A program made the translations under genes and the position numbers. The notes below the pieces were generated by a model, which was given only the letters and a program-made list of their open reading frames with translations, was not told the DNA's origin and did no database searches. DNA of 64,000 bases from Candidatus Binataceae bacterium (GTDB lineage Bacteria; Desulfobacterota; Binatia; Binatales; Binataceae), in the NCBI GenBank assembly GCA_035524095.1, contig DATKPK010000046.1:5078-69077 (forward strand), written 5' to 3'. Shown here piece by piece: positions 18,928-28,667 of the stretch (positions are counted from its first letter, which is position 1; every line of letters starts with the position of its first letter).

Positions 18928-20527
18928 AAACGAACCGCCGCTTCCGTCAGTGCCGGAGTCGCGTACCGTCTCGAAAGGACGTACCCGGCCGTCGCTAGTC
19001 TGGCTTATCCCAATAGTAGCCGCGTTGGCCGGCGTCTGGGTCGCGGTCACCAGGATTCTGGGTGAAGGGCCTACGATTACGATCGTTTTTCAATCAGCCG
19101 AAGGGTTGGAAGCCGGCAAGACCAAAATTGAGTATAACGGCGTCGATATCGGCACTGTCACTACGATCCGCCTCTCCGAAGATCACCAACATGTGATCAC
19201 AACTGCCCAGATGGCACCGAGGACCGAAGACTTCCTGGTTCAAGACACCAAGTTCTGGGTCGTACGGCCGCGCATCTCAGGAGCTAACGTCACTGGCCTG
19301 GGTACTCTGATCTCCGGCGCTTACATCGGCTTGGAGATCGGTTCATCGAAGGAGCCCAAGCGCGACTTCGTTGCGCTGGAAACCGAGCCGATCGTAACTG
19401 GCGAAGTTCCCGGGCGTTTTTTCATTCTCAAGACGCCCGATCTTGGATCACTTGATACCGGCACTCCATTATATTTTCGCCGGCTGCAGGTGGGTCAGGT
19501 CGCGTCCTACAAGCTCGATAAAGACGGCAAACTTCTGACCGTCCAGGTTTTCGTGCGGGCGCCATATGACCAATACGTCAATCCGGACACCCGCTTCTGG
19601 CATGCGAGTGGAATTGACGTATCGCTTAGCGCGAGCGGTCTCCAGGTGCGGACGCAGTCAATGTTGTCGATATTGATCGGCGGTATCGCCTTCGAGACCC
19701 CAGCAACTGCGCCCGTCGAACCACCTGCCGAGCCGAACACTGTCTTCACGCTTTTCAGCGATCGCGCCACGGCCTTCGAACCGGCCGCTCAGCATCCGCA
19801 AACCTACGTCCTGATCTTCAAGGACTCCGTTCGTGGGCTTGTGGCAGGGGCACCGGTCGAGTTTCGCGGTATTCCAATTGGTGAAGTATCGGATATCAAG
19901 GCACAGGTTGACCTGAAGACGTTTCAGTTCTCAGTGCCGGTAACTATCGAGCTCGATCCGCGCCGGCTTGGGGTCAACGTTGTCGGGGCGGCTCCCAGCG
20001 ATCTCGCGGCGTTGCGAAGAAGATTGATCGATTCTTTGATTAGCCACGGAGTCCGCGCTCAGCTTCGCACAGGAAGCTTGCTCACCGGCGCCGTCTACGT
20101 CGCGTTTGACGTCTTCCCTAGTGCTCCGCCTGCAGCAGTCGATTGGTCACAACAGCCGGTGCAGCTCCCCACCGTTCCCGGACAGCTTGAGGCAACGGAG
20201 GAGACGGTCGAGAACATTATCGAGAAGGTTAACAAGATGCCCTTGCAGCAGATTGGCGAGAATCTGAACAATAGCATCGCCAATCTGAACCTGACGCTCA
20301 TCAGTGCGCGCAACACCTTGTCCAGCGCGACCGAAACCTTCGTTAGCGCCCAGCATGCATTGAGCAACGCTAATGGAATAGTCCAGCCCGATTCTGCACA
20401 ACTACAGCGGTTGGACAGCACTCTCGATGAGCTGACCCGCACCGCCCGTTCAGTCAGGGTGCTGAGCGACTATCTCGAGCAACATCCCGAAGCTCTACTG
20501 CGCGGCAAACCCGGTAAGCCGAAATGA
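18920..20527 (+). CDS. pqiB: PqiB-like multi-MCE (MlaD) domain protein
   Basis: About 535 aa; one N-terminal TM (LVWLIPIVAALAGVWVAV), three tandem MCE-like segments and a C-terminal helical region. Confidence 0.85.
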   Translation: MPENEPPLPSVPESRTVSKGRTRPSLVWLIPIVAALAGVWVAVTRILGEGPTITIVFQSAEGLEAGKTKIEYNGVDIGTVTTIRLSEDHQHVITTAQMAPRTEDFLVQDTKFWVVRPRISGANVTGLGTLISGAYIGLEIGSSKEPKRDFVALETEPIVTGEVPGRFFILKTPDLGSLDTGTPLYFRRLQVGQVASYKLDKDGKLLTVQVFVRAPYDQYVNPDTRFWHASGIDVSLSASGLQVRTQSMLSILIGGIAFETPATAPVEPPAEPNTVFTLFSDRATAFEPAAQHPQTYVLIFKDSVRGLVAGAPVEFRGIPIGEVSDIKAQVDLKTFQFSVPVTIELDPRRLGVNVVGAAPSDLAALRRRLIDSLISHGVRAQLRTGSLLTGAVYVAFDVFPSAPPAAVDWSQQPVQLPTVPGQLEATEETVENIIEKVNKMPLQQIGENLNNSIANLNLTLISARNTLSSATETFVSAQHALSNANGIVQPDSAQLQRLDSTLDELTRTARSVRVLSDYLEQHPEALLRGKPGKPK

Positions 20528-20550
20528 CAAGGACGCGAGAAGGCGAAACT

Positions 20551-21162
20551 ATGATGCTCCGAAGAATAGTTCATCTGATTGCAGCCTTCGCGTGCGCGAC
20601 GGTAATCGCCGCTTGCGGCACCTCCGCGCCGCCACGCTTTTACACGCTTGACGCCTCAGCTACAGCCAGCGGACTGCCCGCCACAGGCGGGAATGTGACG
20701 GTCGGACCAGTGACGATTCCAGCCTCAGTCGATCAACCGCAATTCGTCACCCAGAATGGCCCGAATCGCGTCGACGTGGACGAATTCAATCGCTGGGCTT
20801 CGCCGCTCAACGATAATATCGCCCGCGTGGTTGCCGAGAATCTGGTGGCGCTGCTTGGGACGCCTAACGTGGCCGTCGGACCACTCGCCAACTTCATTCC
20901 CGACTATGCCGTCGCGATCGACGTTCAACGCTTCGAGTCAGTGCGAGGCCAGCGTACGGAACTCGACGCCGTATGGACTATTCACGACAAAGCTCGTGGC
21001 ACTACTCAGTCGGGCCGAACCAGCGCTAACGAGACCGTCGCGGACGACAGCTTCGACGCACTCGCAGCGGCGCATAGCCGAGCGCTCTCAATGCTCAGCG
21101 ACGATATCGCCAAGGCCATTCGCGCCGACGCTAATCGCGCTCGAGTACAATCCGACCCTTAG
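20551..21162 (+). CDS. pqiC: PqiC/YmbA-like ABC-transport auxiliary lipoprotein
   Basis: Lipobox IAACG followed by PPRFYTLD, the characteristic DUF330/PqiC N-terminus. It lies immediately after pqiB. Confidence 0.75.
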   Translation: MMLRRIVHLIAAFACATVIAACGTSAPPRFYTLDASATASGLPATGGNVTVGPVTIPASVDQPQFVTQNGPNRVDVDEFNRWASPLNDNIARVVAENLVALLGTPNVAVGPLANFIPDYAVAIDVQRFESVRGQRTELDAVWTIHDKARGTTQSGRTSANETVADDSFDALAAAHSRALSMLSDDIAKAIRADANRARVQSDP

Positions 21163-21184
21163 CCATAATCGGTTGCACAGAGAT

Positions 21185-21871
21185 ATGAGACCCCACGTTA
21201 TATGCCACATGCTGATGTCACTCGATGGCCGCATAGTCACTACAAACTGGCAAATGAGTAAAGACGGCCGGGCCGAATATGAAGCAACTGGTGCGTCCTT
21301 CAACGCGGATGCGTGGATGTGCGGGCGCGTGACTATGGCGGCCTTCGCCAAAGGCGACGGAGCGTTTAGTGGGCATCATCATCCGGCCATTCAAAAGATC
21401 GACTATTTGGCTCCAGGCAAGCATGCGTCGTTCGCCATCGCAATCGATGCTGCCGGAAAACTCAACTGGCAAACAAACGAGATTGGAGGCGACCATGTCG
21501 TCGCCGTACTTACTGAGAAAGTCTCGACTGACTATCTAGCAGCGCTCCAGTCTCACGAAGTCTCTTATCTATTCGCCGGCCGGGACGAGATTGATCTTTC
21601 CTTTCTTCTGGACAAGCTTGCCAGCAAACTGCAAATAAAGACGTTGCTGCTTGAAGGTGGTGGCAACATCAATGGCTCGATGCTGCGAGCTGGACTCATC
21701 GACGAATTGAGTATCCTGGTTGCACCGATTACTGACGGCTCCAGTGGCACGCCAACATTATTTGATACACTTGAGGCAGCTCCAATCGGCGCTCGTTGGA
21801 AGTTGCGTGCAACGGAACGACGCTCAGACGATATAATCTGGCTTCGCTACTCAGCCAGCAGTCCAGTCTGA
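21185..21871 (+). CDS. RibD C-terminal domain / dihydrofolate-reductase-like reductase
   Basis: 228 aa from the ATG at 21185; MRPHVICHMLMSLDGRI and a C-terminal LLLEGGGNINGSMLRAGLIDELSILVAPI. The track's 20756-21871 ORF is an upstream extension that overlaps pqiC. Confidence 0.7.
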   Translation: MRPHVICHMLMSLDGRIVTTNWQMSKDGRAEYEATGASFNADAWMCGRVTMAAFAKGDGAFSGHHHPAIQKIDYLAPGKHASFAIAIDAAGKLNWQTNEIGGDHVVAVLTEKVSTDYLAALQSHEVSYLFAGRDEIDLSFLLDKLASKLQIKTLLLEGGGNINGSMLRAGLIDELSILVAPITDGSSGTPTLFDTLEAAPIGARWKLRATERRSDDIIWLRYSASSPV

Positions 21872-21945
21872 TCGACCATCTTTTGGAAGTGCCGTTAGGT
21901 CGCTGGAACGCGATTACTAATAGGCGGTGTGGTTCGCGTTCCCGC

Positions 21946-22401
21946 CTATTGTTTTCCAGCCCAGCCGGTCTCGTAGGGTGCGACCATCCGAATCTCCGCG
22001 CGCAGATGCTGATACTTCCATTCGCGGTTAATCTTCACGTAGTCGTCTTCGTAACGGCAGGCGATCCACCGAGCGTCATTCTTCTCGCGGAAAGTGAAGG
22101 GTCCGACTAAATACCAGCTTCCATGCGCGCGGTCCCCGTCAATCTTGATCTGCGGATTGAAAACATTGTGCTGGGAGAAGCTGATAAGCTTTTGAAAGCC
22201 ACCGAACAGCTTTCTGATCGCCTCATGGCCCTGGGCTTTGCCAAAGTCGCCGCCCTCCCAGATACCGTCCTCGGCGAAGATGCGCCAGATGCGATCAGGG
22301 TTGTGATCGTCGTCGCAAATGTCACAGTAAAGCGCTTTTAGCCGTTTGATCGCCTCGATATCTTCCAGCTCAGTAATTCGGCGTTCGAGATCGCTGGCCA
22401 T
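21946..22401 (-). CDS. SnoaL-like / NTF2-fold protein
   Basis: About 150 aa from MASDLERRITELEDIEAIKRLKALYCDICDD; typical NTF2-like start. Confidence 0.6.
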   Translation of the reverse strand: MASDLERRITELEDIEAIKRLKALYCDICDDDHNPDRIWRIFAEDGIWEGGDFGKAQGHEAIRKLFGGFQKLISFSQHNVFNPQIKIDGDRAHGSWYLVGPFTFREKNDARWIACRYEDDYVKINREWKYQHLRAEIRMVAPYETGWAGKQ

Positions 22402-22561
22402 GTCTTTAACTGCCTCCTGCTCGGTTATGACCCGGACCTTAAGCCACGCTCGTCGGCTCGTCAAACACCCTGAGCCCCCACCGCGATGCCGCGCGACACG
22501 AGGCTGCGGGCGCTTCGCGTAAGAATGTTAAGACAGGTGCTAAATCCCGACGCGCGGAGTT

Positions 22562-23509
22562 TTATTCGTGCGCCTGGGGCGGATTGCCTCTGAGCCGGTA
22601 GACCACTGCCGTCTTAGTCGTGCCCAGCGCGATCCAGTCTTTCGCGAATTCCTGTAACGAACAGAAGAACTGGATACAGCGACTTAGCGCCTTTTCGTGG
22701 AGCTCGTCCTTTCGTCTGAACTTGCAATCGTACGAGAACTCACCGACGAGGAGCTTATGGTCTCCGCGTTCGCGCCATAGCGCTGCGTTTGATTCAGCCT
22801 TTACCCCGTGGCCGAAATCCAACTCGCCGAGGTCTTGAAGAACTTCCTCGACGATCGTGTGATTGACCAGTTGGATCTTGTGCTTGCACCTGAGCTCGAG
22901 GGCAGCCAAAACCGGGAAGTAACCGGCCAGCGCCGGTATTGAAAGGCTGCCAGCCTTGAATTGGTTCTTCAGGCTTAGCTCGACATTATGGGAATACAAC
23001 ATCCGATACCCGCCAATCTCTTCTCTCAGCGGGAGCATCTCGGCTTTGAACTTAACCCGATATTCGCCGGAGATATTGGGGCGAACGTCAGTCTCAGCGG
23101 CCTGCTGAAGGTCGGGATAGCGGAACTTGAAGACCACTTCAGGGTCGCCGGTCGGGAAACCGTCTTGATAGGAAATCCGGCGGCGCAGGATAAAGCCGTG
23201 GTTATAAAGGGCAAAGTCGTTGGTGTCCAAAAATATCACTTCCCTGATCCGCGGCCGCAGATCGGTATAGCCCTTGGTGGAAAATCCTATATCCAGCTTC
23301 TCGGCGGCTTGCCGTACGATTTTGCCAAATTCGTGAAAGCTCGGAACCGAGGTGAAGCGATCGGGCTTGAGAATAAGCTTGCATTCCAGGTAATGGACCT
23401 CATCTAGAGGACTGCCATCGCTGTAAGTTCCTGACTTAATATTACCGAGCAGCCGCGGTTTGACATCTTCAATCGTATCCACCTGTGGCTCTTTCGTATC
23501 CATGCTCAC
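22562..23509 (-). CDS. CYTH-like (triphosphate tunnel metalloenzyme-like) domain protein, hypothetical
   Basis: 315 aa. An N-terminal ExK motif (HYLECKLILKP), a DT..L....LRRR-like strand (VIFLDTNDFALYNHGFILRRR), and alternating charged beta-strands near the C-terminus (VGEFSYDCKF). GC is lower than in neighbouring genes. Confidence 0.4.
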   Translation of the reverse strand: MSMDTKEPQVDTIEDVKPRLLGNIKSGTYSDGSPLDEVHYLECKLILKPDRFTSVPSFHEFGKIVRQAAEKLDIGFSTKGYTDLRPRIREVIFLDTNDFALYNHGFILRRRISYQDGFPTGDPEVVFKFRYPDLQQAAETDVRPNISGEYRVKFKAEMLPLREEIGGYRMLYSHNVELSLKNQFKAGSLSIPALAGYFPVLAALELRCKHKIQLVNHTIVEEVLQDLGELDFGHGVKAESNAALWRERGDHKLLVGEFSYDCKFRRKDELHEKALSRCIQFFCSLQEFAKDWIALGTTKTAVVYRLRGNPPQAHE

Positions 23510-24372
23510 CCCCTATAGTTGCCCAAGGTCAACTGCAATCGTCGCGATGGTCAAAAGTGAACCATCCCGTAACAGTTCAGACAATAACTAAGCGCGCCGG
23601 AGCCCCTTCAAGTTCGTCGGTGATGGTCCGGTCGTTCATAGGAGACCGCTTTAGCCTCGTTATTATGATTCGACAATGACCCCTGCTTGCAGACACTGGA
23701 AAGGTTCGGCTCAGGCATGTTGCACATTAGATCTCCGTTGCAAGGTTATGTTTTATTCGCACTCATTCTGCATTGTTATCCATCAAACAATACTATTCTG
23801 GCATGCCTGAGAAATTAGCAGCTAAGGGCTTCCTAAATTGCTAACTGCGCCAAAAACTTAGCGATGTGATTATTTCCTAAAAAACTCCGTAATTTCAATT
23901 ATTTAGACGAAAACAAACGTTTGATTGGTTCTGAGCTATTGCAAATTGAGAAGCTTTCCGACGGACCGGGACCAAGTGTTGACGAGAGAATATGGTCGGT
24001 ACAGCCTTTGCTTAAGCAGTAGCTTGCGCTGTTACTCCCCCGAGAACATCAGCGCTTTGTCCCCAAGCTAGGCCGGGTTGCTGCTACCGTAGGTCCCCCC
24101 AACGTGCGGTCGTATTCAAGGCAACCTGGCCTTTTTCTACCTTGGCAGCCATCTAGATTTTCAAAAGAAGCCAAATCTGGATGGCATTTCATCAACTCCC
24201 AGAGTGAGTGGGCTCGCACTGTAACAAGCCGGCACCGCTAGGTGGATGGGTGCTCTTGGCCGTTGGAACTTTGCCCTTGCGAGGGACGATTGGCTTCCCG
24301 ATGGTTCAGCGGCCTCATGAATTTAGCAGTCGAGTTGAGGGGGTTGTTCGCGTATGTTAGAGAATACGAGTT

Positions 24373-24446
24373 CGGGGCGTGGCGCAGCCTGGTAGCGCAC
24401 CTGCCTTGGGAGCAGGGGGTCGGCCGTTCAAATCGGCTCGCCCCGA
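24373..24446 (+). tRNA. tRNA-Pro (anticodon TGG)
   Basis: Cloverleaf folded by hand. Acceptor CGGGGCG/CGCCCCG, D-arm GCGC-AGCCTGGTA-GCGC, anticodon stem CCTGC/GCAGG with loop CTTGGGA, T-arm GGCCG-TTCAAAT-CGGCT. CCA is not encoded. Confidence 0.85.
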
Positions 24447-24450
24447 TTTT

Positions 24451-24527
<77 letters not shown>

Positions 24528-24574
24528 CAGGTTCCAGAAGTAGGGTTGAACGTCGTTGCTCGGTTAGATTCGGT

Positions 24575-24651
24575 GGTGAGTGTAGCTCAGTTGGTAGAGC
24601 ACCGGGTTGTGGCCTCGGTGGTCGAGGGTTCAAGCCCCTTCACTCACCCCA
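24575..24651 (+). tRNA. tRNA-His (anticodon GTG)
   Basis: Extra G-1 pairing with C73. Acceptor GTGAGTG/CACTCAC; anticodon loop TTGTGGC; T-loop TTCAAGC. CCA is encoded. Confidence 0.85.
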
Positions 24652-24690
24652 GCCATTCTGCTGGGTGGCGCGGGTTTGTTGTTTTTGGAT

Positions 24691-24766
<76 letters not shown>

Positions 24767-25918
24767 GTAAAATCAAACGCTTACGATGTTCCTGCAAACA
24801 GACGATCAGTCCATGTAGACCGAATGTTGACGCGCGACATAGTTAGCGCGGAAACCCGGCCGGTTCTGTTCAAATTTCCGAACCCTCGCCTAGCCTGCTG
24901 CTGCTCTTTCTCCTTTCCGTAAGAATGAGTTTCGGCAGATCATCGTTGCTAGCGAGTCCGTTGTGGTGCGCGTACAACACCTGGTACAAGCCGTCGATAC
25001 GGCAATAATATCATCAACAGTAACCGATCCGGCGCACCTTGGGGAAACGTAAAGGAAAGCTCCGGAGACCAAGAAGTAATACAGCACCTCCTGCCGGCCG
25101 CGCGAGAAACGGAAAATGGAATACCTTTAGAGCGCGAAACGACGAGTGATCAAAAGCACGTTGATGGGGCTCGAAACTCAAGATCAAAACGGGGCCAGAC
25201 TGCATCGTTCAAAATCGTGGCATGCCAGCGCCGATGAAAACCGCTCGTGGGCCACTGCTGTAGGGAGGTCGAATAAACCTCTATTGAGCTTTCCTTTTCG
25301 AATCGTTTTGATAGCACAGAAGTGGGCAACCATGACCAAGTCCATTTGAACGACGAAACGAACTATCGTGCCGGCGACGCCCCTGATGTGCAGCGGCAGA
25401 TCGTTGGGCGTCAAGGTCGTCGAATCGCACAGGGCTCTATGACACGATAGATTCTGGCTTGTCCAAGCTCCTGTTCGGGGATTCGCCGTACGTCGTGCCC
25501 ACGCGCGCATCCCGCGCTTGTACATCGGCCATCGAGTGAAACACTGTATTTATATGCGACAAGAGCTGGCCCATATTAAGCGCAGCGTTTTTCATTGAAT
25601 AAGCCGTTTCCTACGGTAGACGCGAAGCATGATAAGAACTCGAGCGCCGAACCGCGGGCGGGGCGTTATGTCACTCGACCGGCGGGTTCCGCGCCTTCAT
25701 ATCCGCGCCTCTTCCTCCCAAACCGCCGAGACGGATCGCCAACGATTCTTCTGCTGCTGCTGTCAGAGGCGGACCATGCGTTAGGTTGCCTGGACGGCTC
25801 GGTACTGACCTTGTCCAACCCGGAACTCTTCGTCTTCATGTCCGTGCGCAAGGAAGCCGTGCTTTCCAGCCAGATCGACGGGACGCACAGCTCGCTGCAC
25901 AGGCGAAACCTAGATTGG

Positions 25919-26452
25919 TCAGACGGCGTCAAGGTCCAGACTCACATGGACGGTGCCAGTGTCGTAGGCGTCGTGCACATGGAATCCGCTGTTGGCAAAT
26001 ACTTCAAGCATCTGATGATTGCTTCCCAATACCTCTGCCGTGAACTTTCTGATCCTGCGGGATCGCGCAATCTTCGCAAGGTGTTTCAGCAGGAGGGTTC
26101 CGATACCGCGGCCTTGATACTCGTCGAGCACGGCGAAGGCGACTTCAGCGGAGGCAAGGTCCTCTTTTCTGATATAGCGACCTACACCGATGAAACGTTC
26201 TGCCCCGTCACACTCCATGGTCACAGCCAAGCCAACATGATTGACAAAATCAAGTTCCGTCAGACGACGGAGATCGTCCTCGCCGAGCGAGCGCTTGGGA
26301 CCGAAAAATCGATTGTAGATTGACTGCTCGCTCAGCCCCTGAAAATGCTGGGACAGACGCTCTTTGTCATCGGGATGAATCGCGCGGACCAAAATCGCCG
26401 TACCATCTCGCAGGATTTCCGGGACTAGATAATTTGCCATTTTCGCGCACAT
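25919..26452 (-). CDS. GNAT N-acetyltransferase, Pat-type (protein lysine acetyltransferase-like) standalone domain
   Basis: About 177 aa from MCAKMANYL. ILRDGTAILVRAIHPDDKERLSQHFQGLSEQSIYNRFF...LTELDFVNHVGLAV matches the GNAT signature of Pat acetyltransferases; acetyl-CoA loop QGRGIG. Confidence 0.65.
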   Translation of the reverse strand: MCAKMANYLVPEILRDGTAILVRAIHPDDKERLSQHFQGLSEQSIYNRFFGPKRSLGEDDLRRLTELDFVNHVGLAVTMECDGAERFIGVGRYIRKEDLASAEVAFAVLDEYQGRGIGTLLLKHLAKIARSRRIRKFTAEVLGSNHQMLEVFANSGFHVHDAYDTGTVHVSLDLDAV

Positions 26453-26570
26453 TGGTTTATGGCTTGCGATTTTCGCAGGCCAGGCCGTCTGGGGAAACGC
26501 GGAAGAACTCCCTCTTCGAATTGCAATGTTGATAGACCCGTCGAACCCGGGCAGCCTGCGCAGGCGTTGA

Positions 26571-27137
26571 TCACTTCTTCTTCGGCGTCCGCTGGCGCGC
26601 GTCAGAATCCCAAGTCGCGAAGAGCGACCCGTCATCGCTCCAAGTATAGGCGACCCGCCCACCGAAGGCCTTTTTGAGTTCGTGGGCCAGCCGGTGCGAA
26701 AGCTTTTGTGATGTGGTCAGAACTTCCAGTGCGCCATTTTTCGATGAGATATCGACGATCCGCCGTTCCGGCTGGGTTTTCGCGGCCCTTGCCGCGACAT
26801 TGTTGATGCGCTGCCGGATCGCTTGCTCGTTACGCGCGGCCTCTTCACCATGAATCACCAGCCGGCCTTGCCCTTCTTCCTTCGCAATCTGTAGACAAGC
26901 GGGACAGAAGCCCCATTCGACGAGTTCAAGCTGTTCTTCGCTCAAAGCGTGATTATGACGCCAGGTCTTGCGCAAAAATACCGCTCCACAACGCGCGCAA
27001 ATCGTCGGCTCGTGAGGCGCCCGAACCTTCCGTACAACTTGGGGGCTCTTATCGTTCCGTACGCCGATGCGGTCGAGCGCGCGCACGAGTCCTCTAGATT
27101 GTTTTGTATGAACTGTCAGTTGCCGCTTCGCGCTCAT
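26571..27137 (-). CDS. hypothetical zinc-ribbon protein
   Basis: 188 aa; CARCG...CPAC four-Cys motif near residues 47-80; basic C-terminus. No family assigned. It sits 118 nt upstream of the GNAT gene on the same strand. Confidence 0.45.
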   Translation of the reverse strand: MSAKRQLTVHTKQSRGLVRALDRIGVRNDKSPQVVRKVRAPHEPTICARCGAVFLRKTWRHNHALSEEQLELVEWGFCPACLQIAKEEGQGRLVIHGEEAARNEQAIRQRINNVAARAAKTQPERRIVDISSKNGALEVLTTSQKLSHRLAHELKKAFGGRVAYTWSDDGSLFATWDSDARQRTPKKK

Positions 27138-27569
27138 TAGATTCCTCCGTCTCTGGACAATGCTGTTAGGATTCGGGTTGACCCAAGCCGCCGATTCCTG
27201 TCAGCAGCCGCCGCTACGTTGTGCTCGGTCAATCGGACTGCAATCCGCCTGCCACAGAACTTGCACCAAAACTCGAAACGAAGACCAACCACAAATCTGC
27301 ATGTGGGTCAGCCTGGTACGCGGCAAAGCGATCCAACTGCCTCCAAAAGGATGGCTCCGTTGGCAACAGCATGCGAGGCCGTGCCTTTAGTTAGCAGCAC
27401 CACGGACCCCAAGAGCGGTTTGGCGCATGGCACGCAGATAGCTTTGTCGCCTAACTCGATAAATCGGTGGGAAGCGAGCGCTTCAACTCGGGGAATTGCG
27501 ATTGAAGAGATTCAAGTGACGAACAAAGGAGCGCCGGCGCCGGGACCGGCAACGCGTTTGCTCAAAGCG

Positions 27570-28583
27570 ATGATGCGGCCTAAGTTTTATCCGCATCCCT
27601 GCGATCGGGTTGAACTGCGACAGACGATGACATCGTGGCTGCTGTTTGCTGGATCGCTCGTCTACAAAATCAAAAGGCCATTACGCTTTGGGCTTACAGA
27701 TGCCACGACGCCCCTCAAGCGCTATCGCCTTTGCCAGGATGAGATACTGCTCAATCGGCCGCTGGCTGCAGATCTGTACCTCGGCGTCAGCTCAATCGCG
27801 GAAACGCTGGCAGGTTATGTGCTGACAGGCGAGACCTCCGATAGACCTTCGAGGGCGCGAGAGTTCGCGGTCGTGATGCGCCGTTTGCCTAGCGACCGAT
27901 TCCTCGATCAGATGGTGGCGAATGCTTCCATAATGCCCGGGGCCATCCAGACCATCGCCAGAAAGCTGATGGCTTTCCACACCGAAGCCTCCATGGCGCA
28001 GGCACAACTGTGGGGTTCGGCCCAGGCGATTTCGCAATTGATCACTAGCAACCTGGCCGAGGCGCATGAGCTGGCTGCCGATAGCTTGACACGCAAGAGC
28101 ATTGGCGCTGTGAAGAATTATGCGGTCCGCTTCGTCACTACGCATCAGCAGTCGCTCAATAATCGAGCCCGGGACGGCTGGGTCCGGGCAGGCCATGGCG
28201 ATCTGCGGTGCGAATCGGTTTGTCTCGATAGCCGCGGAGTTATCGTTATCGGCCGAAGCAAACACCATGAGCGCTGGCGCTATGTAGATGCCGGGCTCGA
28301 GCTAGCGTCGCTCGCCGTCGATTTAGATCTGCTCGGACGCTCTGATTTGGCCAACGAACTAATCGAAACGTATGTAACGGATGCAAACGACCAGGGAGCA
28401 ATACGGCTATTGCGCTTCTACAAAAGCTACCGAGCCGTTGTCCAAGGCAAGTGCCAGACTTTAGTGAGTTTACGGACAGACCTGCCGACCGAGCAACGTC
28501 TCTCCGCCCGTGAGAACGCCCGGCGTCTATTCACTCTGGCTCATCGGTATGCCAGCGGAACTGACGCGACTTCCATCAGTTAG
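27570..28583 (+). CDS. aminoglycoside-phosphotransferase-like (APH / eukaryotic-like kinase fold) family protein
   Basis: The N-terminus ELRQTMTSWLLFAGSLVYKIKRPLRFGLTD...YRLCQDEILLNRPLAADLYLGV is the conserved start of an APH-like family. The catalytic HGDLRCESVCLD (HGDLhxxN) and the DxG region RYVDAGLELASLAVDL are present. The track ORF starts at a TTG at 27219; the ATG at 27570 is preferred. Confidence 0.55.
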   Translation: MMRPKFYPHPCDRVELRQTMTSWLLFAGSLVYKIKRPLRFGLTDATTPLKRYRLCQDEILLNRPLAADLYLGVSSIAETLAGYVLTGETSDRPSRAREFAVVMRRLPSDRFLDQMVANASIMPGAIQTIARKLMAFHTEASMAQAQLWGSAQAISQLITSNLAEAHELAADSLTRKSIGAVKNYAVRFVTTHQQSLNNRARDGWVRAGHGDLRCESVCLDSRGVIVIGRSKHHERWRYVDAGLELASLAVDLDLLGRSDLANELIETYVTDANDQGAIRLLRFYKSYRAVVQGKCQTLVSLRTDLPTEQRLSARENARRLFTLAHRYASGTDATSIS

Positions 28584-28667
28584 ATCCTTACGCTCCAAAT
28601 TTTGCCCCGGCCATAGCTTCGTGGTATAGCTTGAACCCGTCAAAGCGAATCTACCGACTATTTCGCC

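Noticed and set aside
20756-21871. 371-aa ORF in the track
   Set aside because: Only the last 228 codons, from the ATG at 21185, match the RibD C-terminal/DHFR-like family. The upstream part overlaps pqiC in another frame.
25595-26323. 242-aa plus-strand ORF
   Set aside because: It lies wholly antisense to the well-supported Pat-type GNAT gene and has no recognisable motifs, so it is a shadow ORF.
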